Below are positions 1 to 8,576 of a stretch of DNA of 64,000 nt, in pieces. Source of the DNA: an uncultured Bacilli bacterium (GTDB lineage: Bacteria > Bacillota_I > Bacilli_A > RF39 > UBA660); NCBI GenBank assembly GCA_934096035.1, contig CAKOKX010000002.1:51480-115479 (forward strand), given 5' to 3'. Position 1 is the first letter of the stretch, and each line of letters starts with the position of its first letter. Position numbers and translations under genes: made by a program. The notes under the pieces are model-generated. The model was not told where the DNA came from, searched no databases, and was given only the letters and a program-made list of their open reading frames with translations.

Positions 1-946
1 TACTTCTAAAGAATTCAACTGTGTATTTCCACATTTTATTATACCAGTCCATTGCTTCTTCTGGCTTACATAAAACAATCATTTCTTGTTTTTCAAATTG
101 ATGAACTCTATAAATGCCTCTTTCTTCTATTCCATGAGCACCAACTTCTTTTCTAAAACAAGGGGAATAAGAAGTCATTGCAATTGGTAAATTTGCCTCA
201 TCAATAATTTCTCCTTTAAATCTACCAATCATTGAGTGCTCACTTGTACCAATCAAATATAAATCTTCTCCTTCAACTTTATACATCATTGCTTCCATTT
301 CAGGAAAAGACATAACACCCGTAACAACATCGCTATGAATCATAAATGGTGGAATACAATAAGTAAAACCTTTACTAATCATGAAATCTCTAGCATAAGC
401 AAGGGTTGCTTCATGTAGTCTTGCAACATCCCCGACTAGATAATAAAATCCATTACCACTAGTTTTACCAGAACTCACCTTATCTAATCCTTCAAAAGAA
501 TCACAAATATCTGCATGATAAGGAATTTCATAATCAGGCACAAATGGTTCTCCAAATTTTTCAATTTCCACATTTTCACTATCATCTTTGCCAATTGGTA
601 CACTTTCATCAATTATATTTGGTATAACTAACATTCTATCTTTAATTTCTTTTTCTAATCTTTCTTCTTTTTCTTCTACATAAACAATTTCTCCATTAAT
701 CTTATTTACTTCACTCTTTATTTTTTCAACTTCATCTAACTTTTTATCACGCATTAAAACTCCAATTGATGCACTCAAACTATTTCTTTTTGCTCTAAGT
801 TCATCAACCTTCATCTTACATTCACGATAACTTTTATCATAATCATAAACTTCATCCACTAATCCTAGTTTTTCATCTTGAAACTTTTTCTTAATGTTTT
901 CCTTTACTAATTCTCTGTTTTCCCTTATTAACTTAATATCTATCAT
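1..946 (-). CDS. serS: seryl-tRNA synthetase, 3' end runs off the window
   Basis: Not in the ORF track because it is open at the window edge. The minus strand from ATG (944-946) reads MIDIKLIRENRELVKE. Further in it reads MTSYSPCFRKEVGAHGIEE (class II aaRS motif-2-like fRxE). At the edge it reads EEAMDWYNKMWKYTVEFFRS. A T-box leader lies directly upstream. Confidence 0.85.
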   Translation of the reverse strand, partial: MIDIKLIRENRELVKENIKKKFQDEKLGLVDEVYDYDKSYRECKMKVDELRAKRNSLSASIGVLMRDKKLDEVEKIKSEVNKINGEIVYVEEKEERLEKEIKDRMLVIPNIIDESVPIGKDDSENVEIEKFGEPFVPDYEIPYHADICDSFEGLDKVSSGKTSGNGFYYLVGDVARLHEATLAYARDFMISKGFTYCIPPFMIHSDVVTGVMSFPEMEAMMYKVEGEDLYLIGTSEHSMIGRFKGEIIDEANLPIAMTSYSPCFRKEVGAHGIEERGIYRVHQFEKQEMIVLCKPEEAMDWYNKMWKYTVEFFRS

Positions 947-961
947 ATAATCCTCCAAAAA

Positions 962-1150
962 TAAAAAGAATGATACCCAAGGAGTGCTTATGCACGGTAC
1001 CATCCTTTATTTAACTTAATTAATATAACGGTTTAACCCGAGGCAAATGCCCAACTCAAAAGATAGATTTCATTATTTCCACTTTTCCTTTTCCACCAAC
1101 CAAGGAATCTCTATGTAGTTTTCATAATTACTTATTCTTTTTCTTCGTTT
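962..1150 (-). promoter_or_regulatory. T-box leader (tRNA-sensing riboswitch) of serS
   Basis: On the minus strand: AGAGA (1108-1112), then GGTGGAA, then the conserved T-box core AAAGGATGGTACCGTGC (rc of 992-1008). The 3' half of the core can pair with downstream GGGTATCATTC (968-978), which is followed by a T-run, giving the terminator/antiterminator alternative. The candidate specifier UCU (Ser) at 1065-1067 is tentative. Confidence 0.8.
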
Positions 1151-1196
1151 TTATGAAACTAATATAACACAATTTATACTAAATTACTAGTATTTT

Positions 1197-1736
1197 TTAA
1201 TAATTTTCAGCTTTTAATTCAAAATAACTTTGTGGATGATTACATACTGGACAAACAGCTGGAGCTTCTTTACCAATAACAATATGTCCACAATTACGGC
1301 AAACCCAAACACATTCTCCATCTTTACTAAATACTAACTTATCATCAATATTTTTTAATAACTTACGATATCTTTCTTCATGTGCTTTTTCAATATCAGC
1401 AACACGTTCAAATAAATTGGCAATTCTATCGAATCCTTCTTCACGAGCTACCCTAGCAAATTCAACATACATATCTGTCCATTCAAAGTTTTCTCCATTT
1501 GCAGCATCTAACAAATTTTCTTCCGTACTTGGAATACTTCCTCCATGTAATTCTTTAAACCACATTTTGGCATGTTCTTTTTCATTATTTGCAGTTTCTT
1601 CAAATATTGCTGCAATTTGTTCATAACCATCTTTCTTAGCTTTTGATGCATAATAAGTATACTTATTTCTTGCTTGACTTTCTCCAGCAAAAGCAGCCAT
1701 TAAATTTGCTTCTGTTTTACTTCCCTTTAATTCCAT
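1197..1736 (-). CDS. rbr: rubrerythrin
   Basis: 179 aa. Ferritin-like ExxH sites ([19 protein letters not shown]) plus a C-terminal rubredoxin-type CxxC...CxxC (CRNCGH...CPVCNHP). Confidence 0.92.
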   Translation of the reverse strand: MELKGSKTEANLMAAFAGESQARNKYTYYASKAKKDGYEQIAAIFEETANNEKEHAKMWFKELHGGSIPSTEENLLDAANGENFEWTDMYVEFARVAREEGFDRIANLFERVADIEKAHEERYRKLLKNIDDKLVFSKDGECVWVCRNCGHIVIGKEAPAVCPVCNHPQSYFELKAENY

Positions 1737-2103
1737 TTTTTACTTCCTCCTTCTGGCATTCTTCACAAATGCCTTTAAAAACTATTTCATAATCAGTTAC
1801 TATATTGTTTTCTATCCACTCTATCTTAGGAAATTTTACATCAAATACATCAATAATCTTAGAACACTTTTTACATATAAAATGATAATGTGGAATAACT
1901 TTATCATAATGTTTAACACCATTAACCATTAAACTTATAATTAAATTATCGTTTTCTAATCCTCCCAAATTTCTATATACAGTACCCAAACTAATATTAG
2001 AAATCTGCTTCTTAGCCTCATCATATATTTGATAAGCATCCAAATGATTATTACTATTATTAATTATATCTAAAATAACTTTCTTTTGTTTAGTATTTTT
2101 CAC
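1717..2103 (-). CDS. perR: Fur-family peroxide-type repressor (PerR-like)
   Basis: 128 aa with an N-terminal wHTH (LGTVYRNL), HYHFICKKC and C-terminal CEEC zinc motifs. GTG start 5 nt after AGGAGG. Overlaps rbr by 20 nt, so the two look like an operon. Confidence 0.8.
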   Translation of the reverse strand: MKNTKQKKVILDIINNSNNHLDAYQIYDEAKKQISNISLGTVYRNLGGLENDNLIISLMVNGVKHYDKVIPHYHFICKKCSKIIDVFDVKFPKIEWIENNIVTDYEIVFKGICEECQKEEVKNGIKGK

Positions 2104-2114
2104 ATATGCCTCCT

Positions 2115-2135
2115 AAATAGTAATGATTACTATTT
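2115..2135. promoter_or_regulatory. Fur/PerR-box-like perfect palindrome upstream of perR-rbr
   Basis: AAATAGTAAT-G-ATTACTATTT is a 10-1-10 perfect inverted repeat containing a 7-1-7 core, TAGTAAT-G-ATTACTA. It sits immediately upstream of the perR RBS, in the divergent region shared with spoVS. Confidence 0.6.
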
Positions 2136-2214
2136 AAGTATACAACACAACTCAAAAAAAATCAAGCATAAAAATATAAATTTTCCATATATTTTAATGA
2201 AAGGAATGGTAATA

Positions 2215-2475
2215 ATGGAAATTCTAAAGGTTTCATCAAAATCTAACCCTAGTAAAGTTGCTGGTGCCATAGCAAACATTTATAGAGAAAACAAAGAAGT
2301 GGAAATCCAAACTGTCGGAGCAGGCTCTCTAAATCAAGCAATCAAAGCCATCGCTATATGTCGTGGTTTTGTAGCTCCTACCGGAGATAACTTAGTTGTA
2401 ATACCAGCATTTAATGACATAATAATAAATGGTGAACAAAAAACAGCTATCAAACTTATTATTACAAACAAATAA
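2215..2475 (+). CDS. spoVS: stage V sporulation protein S
   Basis: Internal ATG at 2215 of ORF 2086..2475 gives 86 aa: MEILKVSSKSNPSKVAGAIANIYRENKEVEIQTVGAGSLNQAIKAIAICRGF... This matches the typical SpoVS length and sequence pattern. A purine-rich RBS (AAAGGAATGG) lies upstream. Confidence 0.85.
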   Translation: MEILKVSSKSNPSKVAGAIANIYRENKEVEIQTVGAGSLNQAIKAIAICRGFVAPTGDNLVVIPAFNDIIINGEQKTAIKLIITNK

Positions 2476-2502
2476 CGGATCAATCGTCCGTTATTTTATT
2501 TT
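2472..2502 (+). terminator. intrinsic terminator after spoVS, overlapping the stop of the convergent gene
   Basis: ATAACGGA-tcaatcg-TCCGTTAT hairpin followed by TTTATTTTT. Confidence 0.7.
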
Positions 2503-3015
2503 TAAAGATATAATTAATGGGTCAAATAATTCTAGTATTCCATGTATTAAGAAAAAATATCCCAACACTAAAACTTGTATGTCATTTTCATAATATAAAT
2601 TCATTGTAGTTAAAAGTCCTGCCAAGATAAATAGCACTAAACTAATAACCTCAATAATCCACATTTTATTCTTTCTATCATTATAATAATCACCTTTTTT
2701 TAATTTAATAAGGGATAAAAGAATTATCCAAATTAGTAAACATAAAGCTAAATACCAAGGGACTTCACTAATATTTAATTTAAGCGCTACAATAAATACA
2801 ATGATAGATGCAATACTTGTAAATAATCCTTCATAATCTTTACTCTTACTTGTTAATAAAAATTTAATCAAGTTTAATACCGCATAAACTCCCAATACTC
2901 CCAAAAATATACCTTTTACTTTTACAAAATGAAATAATGGAAACAATAATAAAACACTTCCACATATTATTAAAAACACAGATGTAATTAAATCAACAAT
3001 TTGTTTTTTTTTCAT
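2491..3015 (-). CDS. hypothetical integral membrane protein
   Basis: 174 aa, almost entirely hydrophobic with about 5-6 predicted TM stretches. No family recognised. Confidence 0.6.
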   Translation of the reverse strand: MKKKQIVDLITSVFLIICGSVLLLFPLFHFVKVKGIFLGVLGVYAVLNLIKFLLTSKSKDYEGLFTSIASIIVFIVALKLNISEVPWYLALCLLIWIILLSLIKLKKGDYYNDRKNKMWIIEVISLVLFILAGLLTTMNLYYENDIQVLVLGYFFLIHGILELFDPLIISLKIK

Positions 3016-3058
3016 AAATCCTCCTCCTACATTGTATCACAAACAACTAACAAATGCA

Positions 3059-4372
3059 TTATAAATTTCTTTTTATCAATTGATTTAACTCAACAGCATA
3101 TTCCATTGGAAGTTCACTTTTAAATTCATCAATAAAACCTAAAACAATTAACTCCGTTGCTCTTTCTTCTGTAATACCTCTACTCATTAAATAAAATAAT
3201 ACATCATCACTAATTTTTGATACAGTTGCTTCATGTTCAATATTACTTGTTATGTTTCCAACTATATTCGTAGGTATCGTATCAGACATAGATTTATCAT
3301 CTAAAATTAAACTATCACATTTAACCATGGCATCACTATTTAAAGCATTTTTCTTTATTTCAACCTTACCACGATATGTAGCATTTCCACCATTTCCTGC
3401 AATACTTTTAGATACTATATTACTTTTAGTATTCTTTCCAATATGAATCATTCTGGCCCCACTATCTTGTTCTTGACCACTCTTGGCAACACTAATTGTT
3501 ATACATGTTCCTTTGGAATTATCACCTTTTAAAACACAACATGGATATTTCATAGTTACTTTAGAACCAATATTTCCATCAATCCATTCCATAACTCCAG
3601 CCTCATCCACTAAAGCTCTTTTCGTAACTAAATTATACACATTAGTTGCCCAATTTTGAACCGTAGAATATCTACATTTAGAATTTTTACCAACATAAAT
3701 TTCCACAATCGCTGCATGCAAACTTGACTCACTATATGATGGTGCAGTACATCCTTCCACATAATGTAAACTAGAATTATCATCTACAATAATTAATGTT
3801 CTTTCAAATTGTCCCATATTTTTACTATTTATTCTAAAATAACTTTGTAATGGTCTATTTAATACTGTATTTTTAGGAACATAAATAAATGAACCTCCAC
3901 TAAACACCGCTGCATTTAAAGCTGCAAATTTATTTTCGGCGTAGGACACAATCTTGCCAAAATATTTTTTAACTAAATCAGGATATCTTTTAATAGCATC
4001 TTCAATTGATGTAAATATTACATTTTTCTTTTCCAACTCTTCAATCATATTATGGTATATAACTTCACTTTCATATTGAACACCCATACCTCCAAAATGT
4101 TTTTCACTCTCTAAAACACCAACACTATCAAGTTCATCCACAACTGGTTTTAAAATATTATTCCAATTATTCTCTAGCTTTTTATCTGCTTCATTATTTT
4201 TATAATAAATAACATCATCAAAATTCAAATTAATTTCTGGACCAAACAGAGGCATCTTTTGTTCTACAAAAGACTTATATCCTTTTAATCTATAATCTAA
4301 AACCCAATCACTTTCATTTTTTATTTCAGATATTTTTTTTACCTTTTCTTCACTTAAACCAACAATTTCCAT
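3059..4372 (-). CDS. sufB: Fe-S cluster assembly protein SufB
   Basis: 437 aa. Contains YVEGCTAPSYSESSLHAAIVEIYV and the C-terminal FYLMSRGITEERATELIVLGF signature. It is the last gene of the suf operon. Confidence 0.9.
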   Translation of the reverse strand: MEIVGLSEEKVKKISEIKNESDWVLDYRLKGYKSFVEQKMPLFGPEINLNFDDVIYYKNNEADKKLENNWNNILKPVVDELDSVGVLESEKHFGGMGVQYESEVIYHNMIEELEKKNVIFTSIEDAIKRYPDLVKKYFGKIVSYAENKFAALNAAVFSGGSFIYVPKNTVLNRPLQSYFRINSKNMGQFERTLIIVDDNSSLHYVEGCTAPSYSESSLHAAIVEIYVGKNSKCRYSTVQNWATNVYNLVTKRALVDEAGVMEWIDGNIGSKVTMKYPCCVLKGDNSKGTCITISVAKSGQEQDSGARMIHIGKNTKSNIVSKSIAGNGGNATYRGKVEIKKNALNSDAMVKCDSLILDDKSMSDTIPTNIVGNITSNIEHEATVSKISDDVLFYLMSRGITEERATELIVLGFIDEFKSELPMEYAVELNQLIKRNL

Positions 4373-4373
4373 C

Positions 4374-4799
4374 TTACTTATCTACTCCATCAAGTATTTT
4401 AACAGCACTCTTACTCGATAAAAGTGCACAATTTTTTCTAGCCGGTTGCATATATATTTCATCAAAAACATTAAGTTCTCCAAGGATATCAGAATTATAT
4501 TTTTCTTCATTAATCATATTTTGATAATTACTTATTATTTCTTTTGCTTCATCTACACTTTTACCAATCAAGCTTTTAACAATTATACTTGTTGCACTTG
4601 TACATATTGCACATGCTTCACCATCAAAACAAACATCAACTATCTTACCATCTTCTATTTTCATCATTAAATCTATATTATCAATACATGAATCACTTCT
4701 TGTATTAGCTTTAACATAAGATTCATCTTCTTTTAAACCTCTATTTGTAGGATGTTGATAATTATCAAGTATAATTTCTCTTTTAGTTTCTTTATCCAT
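4374..4799 (-). CDS. sufU: Fe-S cluster scaffold / sulfur acceptor SufU (IscU/NifU-like)
   Basis: 141 aa with three conserved Cys contexts: DSCIDNIDL, DGEACAICTSATS, ARKNCALLS. Confidence 0.88.
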   Translation of the reverse strand: MDKETKREIILDNYQHPTNRGLKEDESYVKANTRSDSCIDNIDLMMKIEDGKIVDVCFDGEACAICTSATSIIVKSLIGKSVDEAKEIISNYQNMINEEKYNSDILGELNVFDEIYMQPARKNCALLSSKSAVKILDGVDK

Positions 4800-5373
4800 T
4801 AGATACCTCCATCATTTTCTTCATAAATTCTTTAACAACCATTTCTTCTTTATTACCATTTCCAATTAACAATGCCTCCATCATTAATTTAGTAGCATCT
4901 ATTTTACTTATACCTCTACTCATCAAATAAAACATTTTATCTTTATTAAATTCTCCGATATATGCTGCATGCTTAGAAAATGTATCATAATTTCTAATAA
5001 GTAAATTAGGTTTTATCACTCCAACTCCATTACTTAAATTAACTATTTGATTTTCTTCTAAGCAACTTACTTTATATGCTTCTTTTGGCACAATTCCTGT
5101 TACATCAAACTCTAACACACCATCTAGTACATTAACACCATGACATATTACTTCACTACTCGTGTTACTAAATTTATGTTCCACCTTAACACTACACTTA
5201 TTACTTCCATATCCCAATATGCCTAAGTGATATTTTACTTTAGCAAACTCTCCATTTAAATTAATATTTACAGAAACATTTTTATCCACAATATAATGAT
5301 ATATTTCTAATGTTTCATTTTCTTTTATTTCAAAATTAATATTCTCATCATTAATATATATAACTTTATTCAT
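4792..5373 (-). CDS. sufD: short SufD-like Fe-S assembly protein
   Basis: 193 aa. Has the C-terminal SufB/D signature FYLMSRGISKIDATKLMMEALL. Start and stop overlap sufC and sufU, so the short length looks genuine. Confidence 0.75.
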   Translation of the reverse strand: MNKVIYINDENINFEIKENETLEIYHYIVDKNVSVNINLNGEFAKVKYHLGILGYGSNKCSVKVEHKFSNTSSEVICHGVNVLDGVLEFDVTGIVPKEAYKVSCLEENQIVNLSNGVGVIKPNLLIRNYDTFSKHAAYIGEFNKDKMFYLMSRGISKIDATKLMMEALLIGNGNKEEMVVKEFMKKMMEVSNG

Positions 5374-6097
5374 TATAACCTACTTGTTCAGTTTCTAATG
5401 CCAAAGACATATCACCAGTTTTAACGATTTTGCCATTTTTCATAATATGAACATAATCTGGTTTAATAGCCTCAAGTATCCTTGGATAATGTGTAATAAT
5501 AAGGATTGATGTATCAGGAAACTCACTTTTATACTCATTTATATTTTCACAAACTACTTTTAAGGAATCAACATCTAACCCAGAGTCAATTTCATCTAAA
5601 ATAATAAGTTTAGGTTTTAATATCTTTATTTGCAATACTTCATTTTTCTTTTTTTCACCACCGGAAAAACCAACATTTACATCTCTATGAATCATATCAC
5701 GAGAAAAATTTAAATCATCTAAAGATTTATTTACCTCACTAATAAACTTAAAATAATCAATATGATTACCAGTTTGTTCTTCATAAGCATTTTTTAAAAA
5801 TTCACTATTTGTTACACCATCAACCACTGTTGGATCTTGCATTGCCAAAAATATCCCTGCTTTAGCTCTTTCATCTACACTTAACTCATTTAATCTTACA
5901 TCATTAAATATAATATCTCCATCTAAAACATTAAAAAGAAAGTGTCCCATTATTGCTTTAGAAAGGGTAGACTTTCCAGTTCCATTTGGCCCCATTATTG
6001 CATGTATTTCTCCATCTTTAATTTCTAAATTTAATCCATCTAAAATCTTTTTATCCTCATTCTTTAAACTAACAACTAAATTTTTTATACTTAACAT
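5366..6097 (-). CDS. sufC: Fe-S cluster assembly ATPase SufC
   Basis: Walker A GPNGTGKST, signature FSGGEKKKNE, Walker B LIILDEIDSGLD. I prefer the ATG at 6097 (MLSIKNL), preceded by AAGGTGG, over the GTG at 6106 used in the track. Confidence 0.92.
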   Translation of the reverse strand: MLSIKNLVVSLKNEDKKILDGLNLEIKDGEIHAIMGPNGTGKSTLSKAIMGHFLFNVLDGDIIFNDVRLNELSVDERAKAGIFLAMQDPTVVDGVTNSEFLKNAYEEQTGNHIDYFKFISEVNKSLDDLNFSRDMIHRDVNVGFSGGEKKKNEVLQIKILKPKLIILDEIDSGLDVDSLKVVCENINEYKSEFPDTSILIITHYPRILEAIKPDYVHIMKNGKIVKTGDMSLALETEQVGYNE

Positions 6098-6107
6098 ATT
6101 TACCACC

Positions 6108-6410
6108 TTACTTATTTATCTTTTCAACTAATGTTATTACTTCATCAATTATTTCTAAATTATTATTTTTTATATTATCAACCATACACCCCTTCATATG
6201 GCTCGTTAAAATATTATTACCTAGACTTTTTAAAGAATGCATTGATGCCGATAGTTGCATTATTACTTCACTACAATATCTATCATCTTCCACCATTTGC
6301 TTTATTCCTCGAATTTGTCCTTCGATAACATTTAATCTTTTTATAATATTTTTCTTTTCTTCACAACTTCTATGTTTATTTTTCTTACACATTTTACATA
6401 CTTCATGCAT
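6108..6410 (-). CDS. csoR: CsoR/RcnR (DUF156) family metal-sensing repressor with a C-H-C triad
   Basis: RLNVIEGQIRGIKQMVEDDRYCSEVIMQLSA...LTSHMKGC keeps the Cys...His-x3-Cys pattern of Cu(I)-sensing CsoR. I chose the start at 6410 (MHEVCKMCKK) because the first ATG of the track ORF overlaps the -10 box. The stop lies inside the sufC RBS. Confidence 0.8.
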   Translation of the reverse strand: MHEVCKMCKKNKHRSCEEKKNIIKRLNVIEGQIRGIKQMVEDDRYCSEVIMQLSASMHSLKSLGNNILTSHMKGCMVDNIKNNNLEIIDEVITLVEKINK

Positions 6411-6429
6411 ACTTCTTCCACCCAAAAGC

Positions 6430-6459
6430 ATTATACACCCTAGGGGGGTATAATGTAAA
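6430..6459 (-). promoter_or_regulatory. sigma-A-type promoter with an embedded CsoR-type GC-tract palindrome
   Basis: On the minus strand: TTTACA (6454-6459), an 18 nt spacer, then TATAAT (6430-6435). The pseudo-palindrome TATACCCCCCTAGGGTGTATA (6432-6452) fills the spacer and overlaps the -10. Confidence 0.65.
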
Positions 6460-6473
6460 GATTTTTTAACAAC

Positions 6474-6499
6474 AAAAAAAGTTCGTAACTACGAACCTT
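6474..6499 (-). terminator. intrinsic terminator of the 6500..6820 gene
   Basis: The minus strand reads AAAGGTTCGtagttaCGAACTTTTTTT. Confidence 0.75.
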
Positions 6500-6820
6500 T
6501 TATCTTGAAGAACCATAATTTCTACTATTTTCAAATTGTAAATATTCAGCATCACTAGCTATAGCTCTAACAATCTTGTTTCTTGTCCAAACTTCACTTT
6601 CTTTTTTATTAACAATACCAACCACATTCATATTTCTTAAAGGAACTTTAAATTGTTCCAAAGCAATTTTTATAGCTTGCATCATATAATCAGTCTCCTC
6701 TTGCCTAACAAAAAAGTCAAACCCTAAAAAATCAGGTCCTCCACAACGAACATCAACTGGATCATTCACTACACAATCAACAGATATATGAGAACAAACA
6801 ATTATCCTTTCTCTTTTCAT
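6500..6820 (-). CDS. hypothetical protein (106 aa)
   Basis: MKRERIIVCSHISVDCVVNDPVDVRCGGPDF... ATG at 6820 lies 9 nt after GGAGG. It has its own terminator. No family recognised. Confidence 0.6.
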   Translation of the reverse strand: MKRERIIVCSHISVDCVVNDPVDVRCGGPDFLGFDFFVRQEETDYMMQAIKIALEQFKVPLRNMNVVGIVNKKESEVWTRNKIVRAIASDAEYLQFENSRNYGSSR

Positions 6821-6889
6821 AAACCAAATCCTCCTTGCGCTATATAATAGCACAAATTAAAATTTAAAACAAGTTTTTACAACCTTCAG

Positions 6890-6918
6890 TTGCATAAATA
6901 AATATTATCTTGTATAAT
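6890..6918 (+). promoter_or_regulatory. promoter of tRNA-Thr
   Basis: TTGCAT (6890-6895), 17 nt spacer, TGtTATAAT (extended -10, 6913-6918), about 8 nt before the tRNA 5' end. Confidence 0.6.
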
Positions 6919-6926
6919 TTAGTTAT

Positions 6927-7000
6927 GCCGCTATAGTATAATGGTATTACAAATCCATGGTAAGGATTAAATCAGTGTTCAATTCACTGTTGCGGCACCA
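6927..7000 (+). tRNA. tRNA-Thr (anticodon GGT), CCA encoded
   Basis: Hand-folded cloverleaf. Acceptor GCCGCTA/TTGCGGC has one T:T mismatch. Anticodon arm is AATCC-ATGGTAA-GGATT. T arm is CAGTG-TTCAATT-CACTG. The 3' end is ACCA. Confidence 0.85.
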
Positions 7001-7013
7001 TTTAGAGATTTAA

Positions 7014-7035
7014 GTCCGTATCTACGGGCTTTTTT
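7014..7035 (+). terminator. intrinsic terminator after tRNA-Thr
   Basis: GTCCGTA-tc-TACGGGC followed by TTTTTT. Confidence 0.75.
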
Positions 7036-7110
7036 AAATTTCTAAAAACCAATTGAAATAAATGGATTTTTAGTCATAAATTTGTTAAAATATATTTGGA
7101 AGTGATTTTC

Positions 7111-8547
7111 ATGTACATAAATAAGATTATTGAGCTTTTACAAAAATATATAAATGATTATGAAGCAAAAAAATATGAACTAGAAGTTTTAAAAACAAAA
7201 AAACAACTTTACGAAGAACTTATTCCTCTACTAGAAAATAAAACAGAACTAAATGATAACAAATTATTTATAAGTGTTCTACTTAGTAGTATATATAATA
7301 ATGAAGAATATAATATAGAATTCTATAAAGCTTTATATTTATATAATCAAAATGATGTAAAGCATTTTGATTATTTTGGTACCAAAATAAAGCATCAATA
7401 CAAAAACACGGTTGAAAAAACCATGGCTTTAAAAAAACAAATACAAAATGCATATTACAGATTTTCAACAGCAAAAAAAGTACGTTTTCCACTTCAAAAA
7501 AGAAAACCATTATTTGACCAAAACTTTACATTCAAAAATATTCAAGCAATAATTTCTTACTATGCTACAATGGGAGAAATTTCTGAAAAAGATGAAGTTT
7601 TACTTAACAATGAGTTAGAATTTTACAACAATAATATTATACCAACACAAAATCAAGAAAAAGAATACAAAACTAAAGCGTATAATGAAGTTCCAAATAT
7701 TTTAGATAGTGGTTTTGAAATGTTTGATCTAATTGAAGTTAATTCCAACAGATTAGAAACAATAAATAGTTATGTTAATGATTTAAAATCATATATTAGC
7801 CAACTTAATATTGATGAAATAATACCAGTTATTGAGTCTTATCAAAAATACAATTTAGAAACCAATGAGTACAATTATATTGTCAATGAGATATTAAAAA
7901 TGTTTTTATTCGAAGCATTAGATTATTATAAAATTCTTCTTGATATAAGTATATATAGAGACAAAGAATCAAGATATGAAGCAATTGAAATATATAATGA
8001 ATACTTAGATAAATACCTATTAATAAGGGACTACTATAATAAAATTACAAACATAGAACTAAATGATGAAGTTGAAAACTTAGAAGAACTAGAAGAATCT
8101 GATGAATCAATAGACACAATAAATCCACGCCGATTAATATTCTCTCACCCAACCAATAATCCAACAAAATCTAGATTAATTGATGATTTAAAAGATATAC
8201 CAGAAGAATACTATAATTCAGTAAAAAATATACTTTTAAAATTTATAGCTTATAAAAAAAGACCAAAAGGATTTAATAACGATAAATATAAAAATGGTTT
8301 TGTAGAATTAAAAGAAGGGCCAATAAGAATCATCATGAAACATATTAGTAATAATATTTATTGTGTAATGGGAGTATTTGTAAAAAAATCTAATAATGAC
8401 ATAAAAGCGTACAGAACTATGGTTATAAGAACCGTTACAGATATAATAACAAAAGAAAAAGAAAATCAAGAACTAGCTTTAGGTGAATTAACAATGCAAG
8501 AACTAGCTAAAATAGTTGAAGAAAAAGCCAGAAAAGGAACAAGATAA
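7111..8547 (+). CDS. hypothetical protein with a C-terminal RelE/HigB/Gp49-like segment
   Basis: 478 aa from the ATG at 7111, with GGAAGTGA upstream. The N-terminal ~370 aa are helical, Asn/Glu/Lys-rich and unrecognised. The C-terminal FVELKEGPIRIIMKHISNNIYCVMGVFVKKSNNDIKAY resembles the Gp49/HigB toxin-fold core. Confidence 0.55.
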   Translation: MYINKIIELLQKYINDYEAKKYELEVLKTKKQLYEELIPLLENKTELNDNKLFISVLLSSIYNNEEYNIEFYKALYLYNQNDVKHFDYFGTKIKHQYKNTVEKTMALKKQIQNAYYRFSTAKKVRFPLQKRKPLFDQNFTFKNIQAIISYYATMGEISEKDEVLLNNELEFYNNNIIPTQNQEKEYKTKAYNEVPNILDSGFEMFDLIEVNSNRLETINSYVNDLKSYISQLNIDEIIPVIESYQKYNLETNEYNYIVNEILKMFLFEALDYYKILLDISIYRDKESRYEAIEIYNEYLDKYLLIRDYYNKITNIELNDEVENLEELEESDESIDTINPRRLIFSHPTNNPTKSRLIDDLKDIPEEYYNSVKNILLKFIAYKKRPKGFNNDKYKNGFVELKEGPIRIIMKHISNNIYCVMGVFVKKSNNDIKAYRTMVIRTVTDIITKEKENQELALGELTMQELAKIVEEKARKGTR

Positions 8548-8576
8548 CACAACTAAAAAGGAAACCCAATCGTTTC

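Noticed and set aside
1417-1690. Track ORFs 1417..1626(+) and 1508..1690(-), which overlap the rubrerythrin gene.
   Set aside because: They lie entirely within, or in alternative frames of, a strongly supported conserved gene. Their sequences are low-complexity and they have no RBS. The same reasoning applies to the other short shadow ORFs in the track: 3252..3446, 4446..4670, 6131..6328, 7283..7510, 9978..10244, 15426..15611, 20203..20406, 27306..27746, 29813..30013, 31410..31643, 32784..32975, 35225..36070, 36982..37284, 38307..38570, 39845..40066, 44329..44823, 45081..46426, 47486..47779, 48508..50051, 56665..56856 and 61008..61241.
4792-5373. The short (193-aa) SufD read as a truncated pseudogene.
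   Set aside because: Both ends overlap the neighbouring genes in the typical coupled fashion (8-nt overlaps with sufC and sufU). No extra in-frame SufD-like sequence exists upstream, so the short form appears native.
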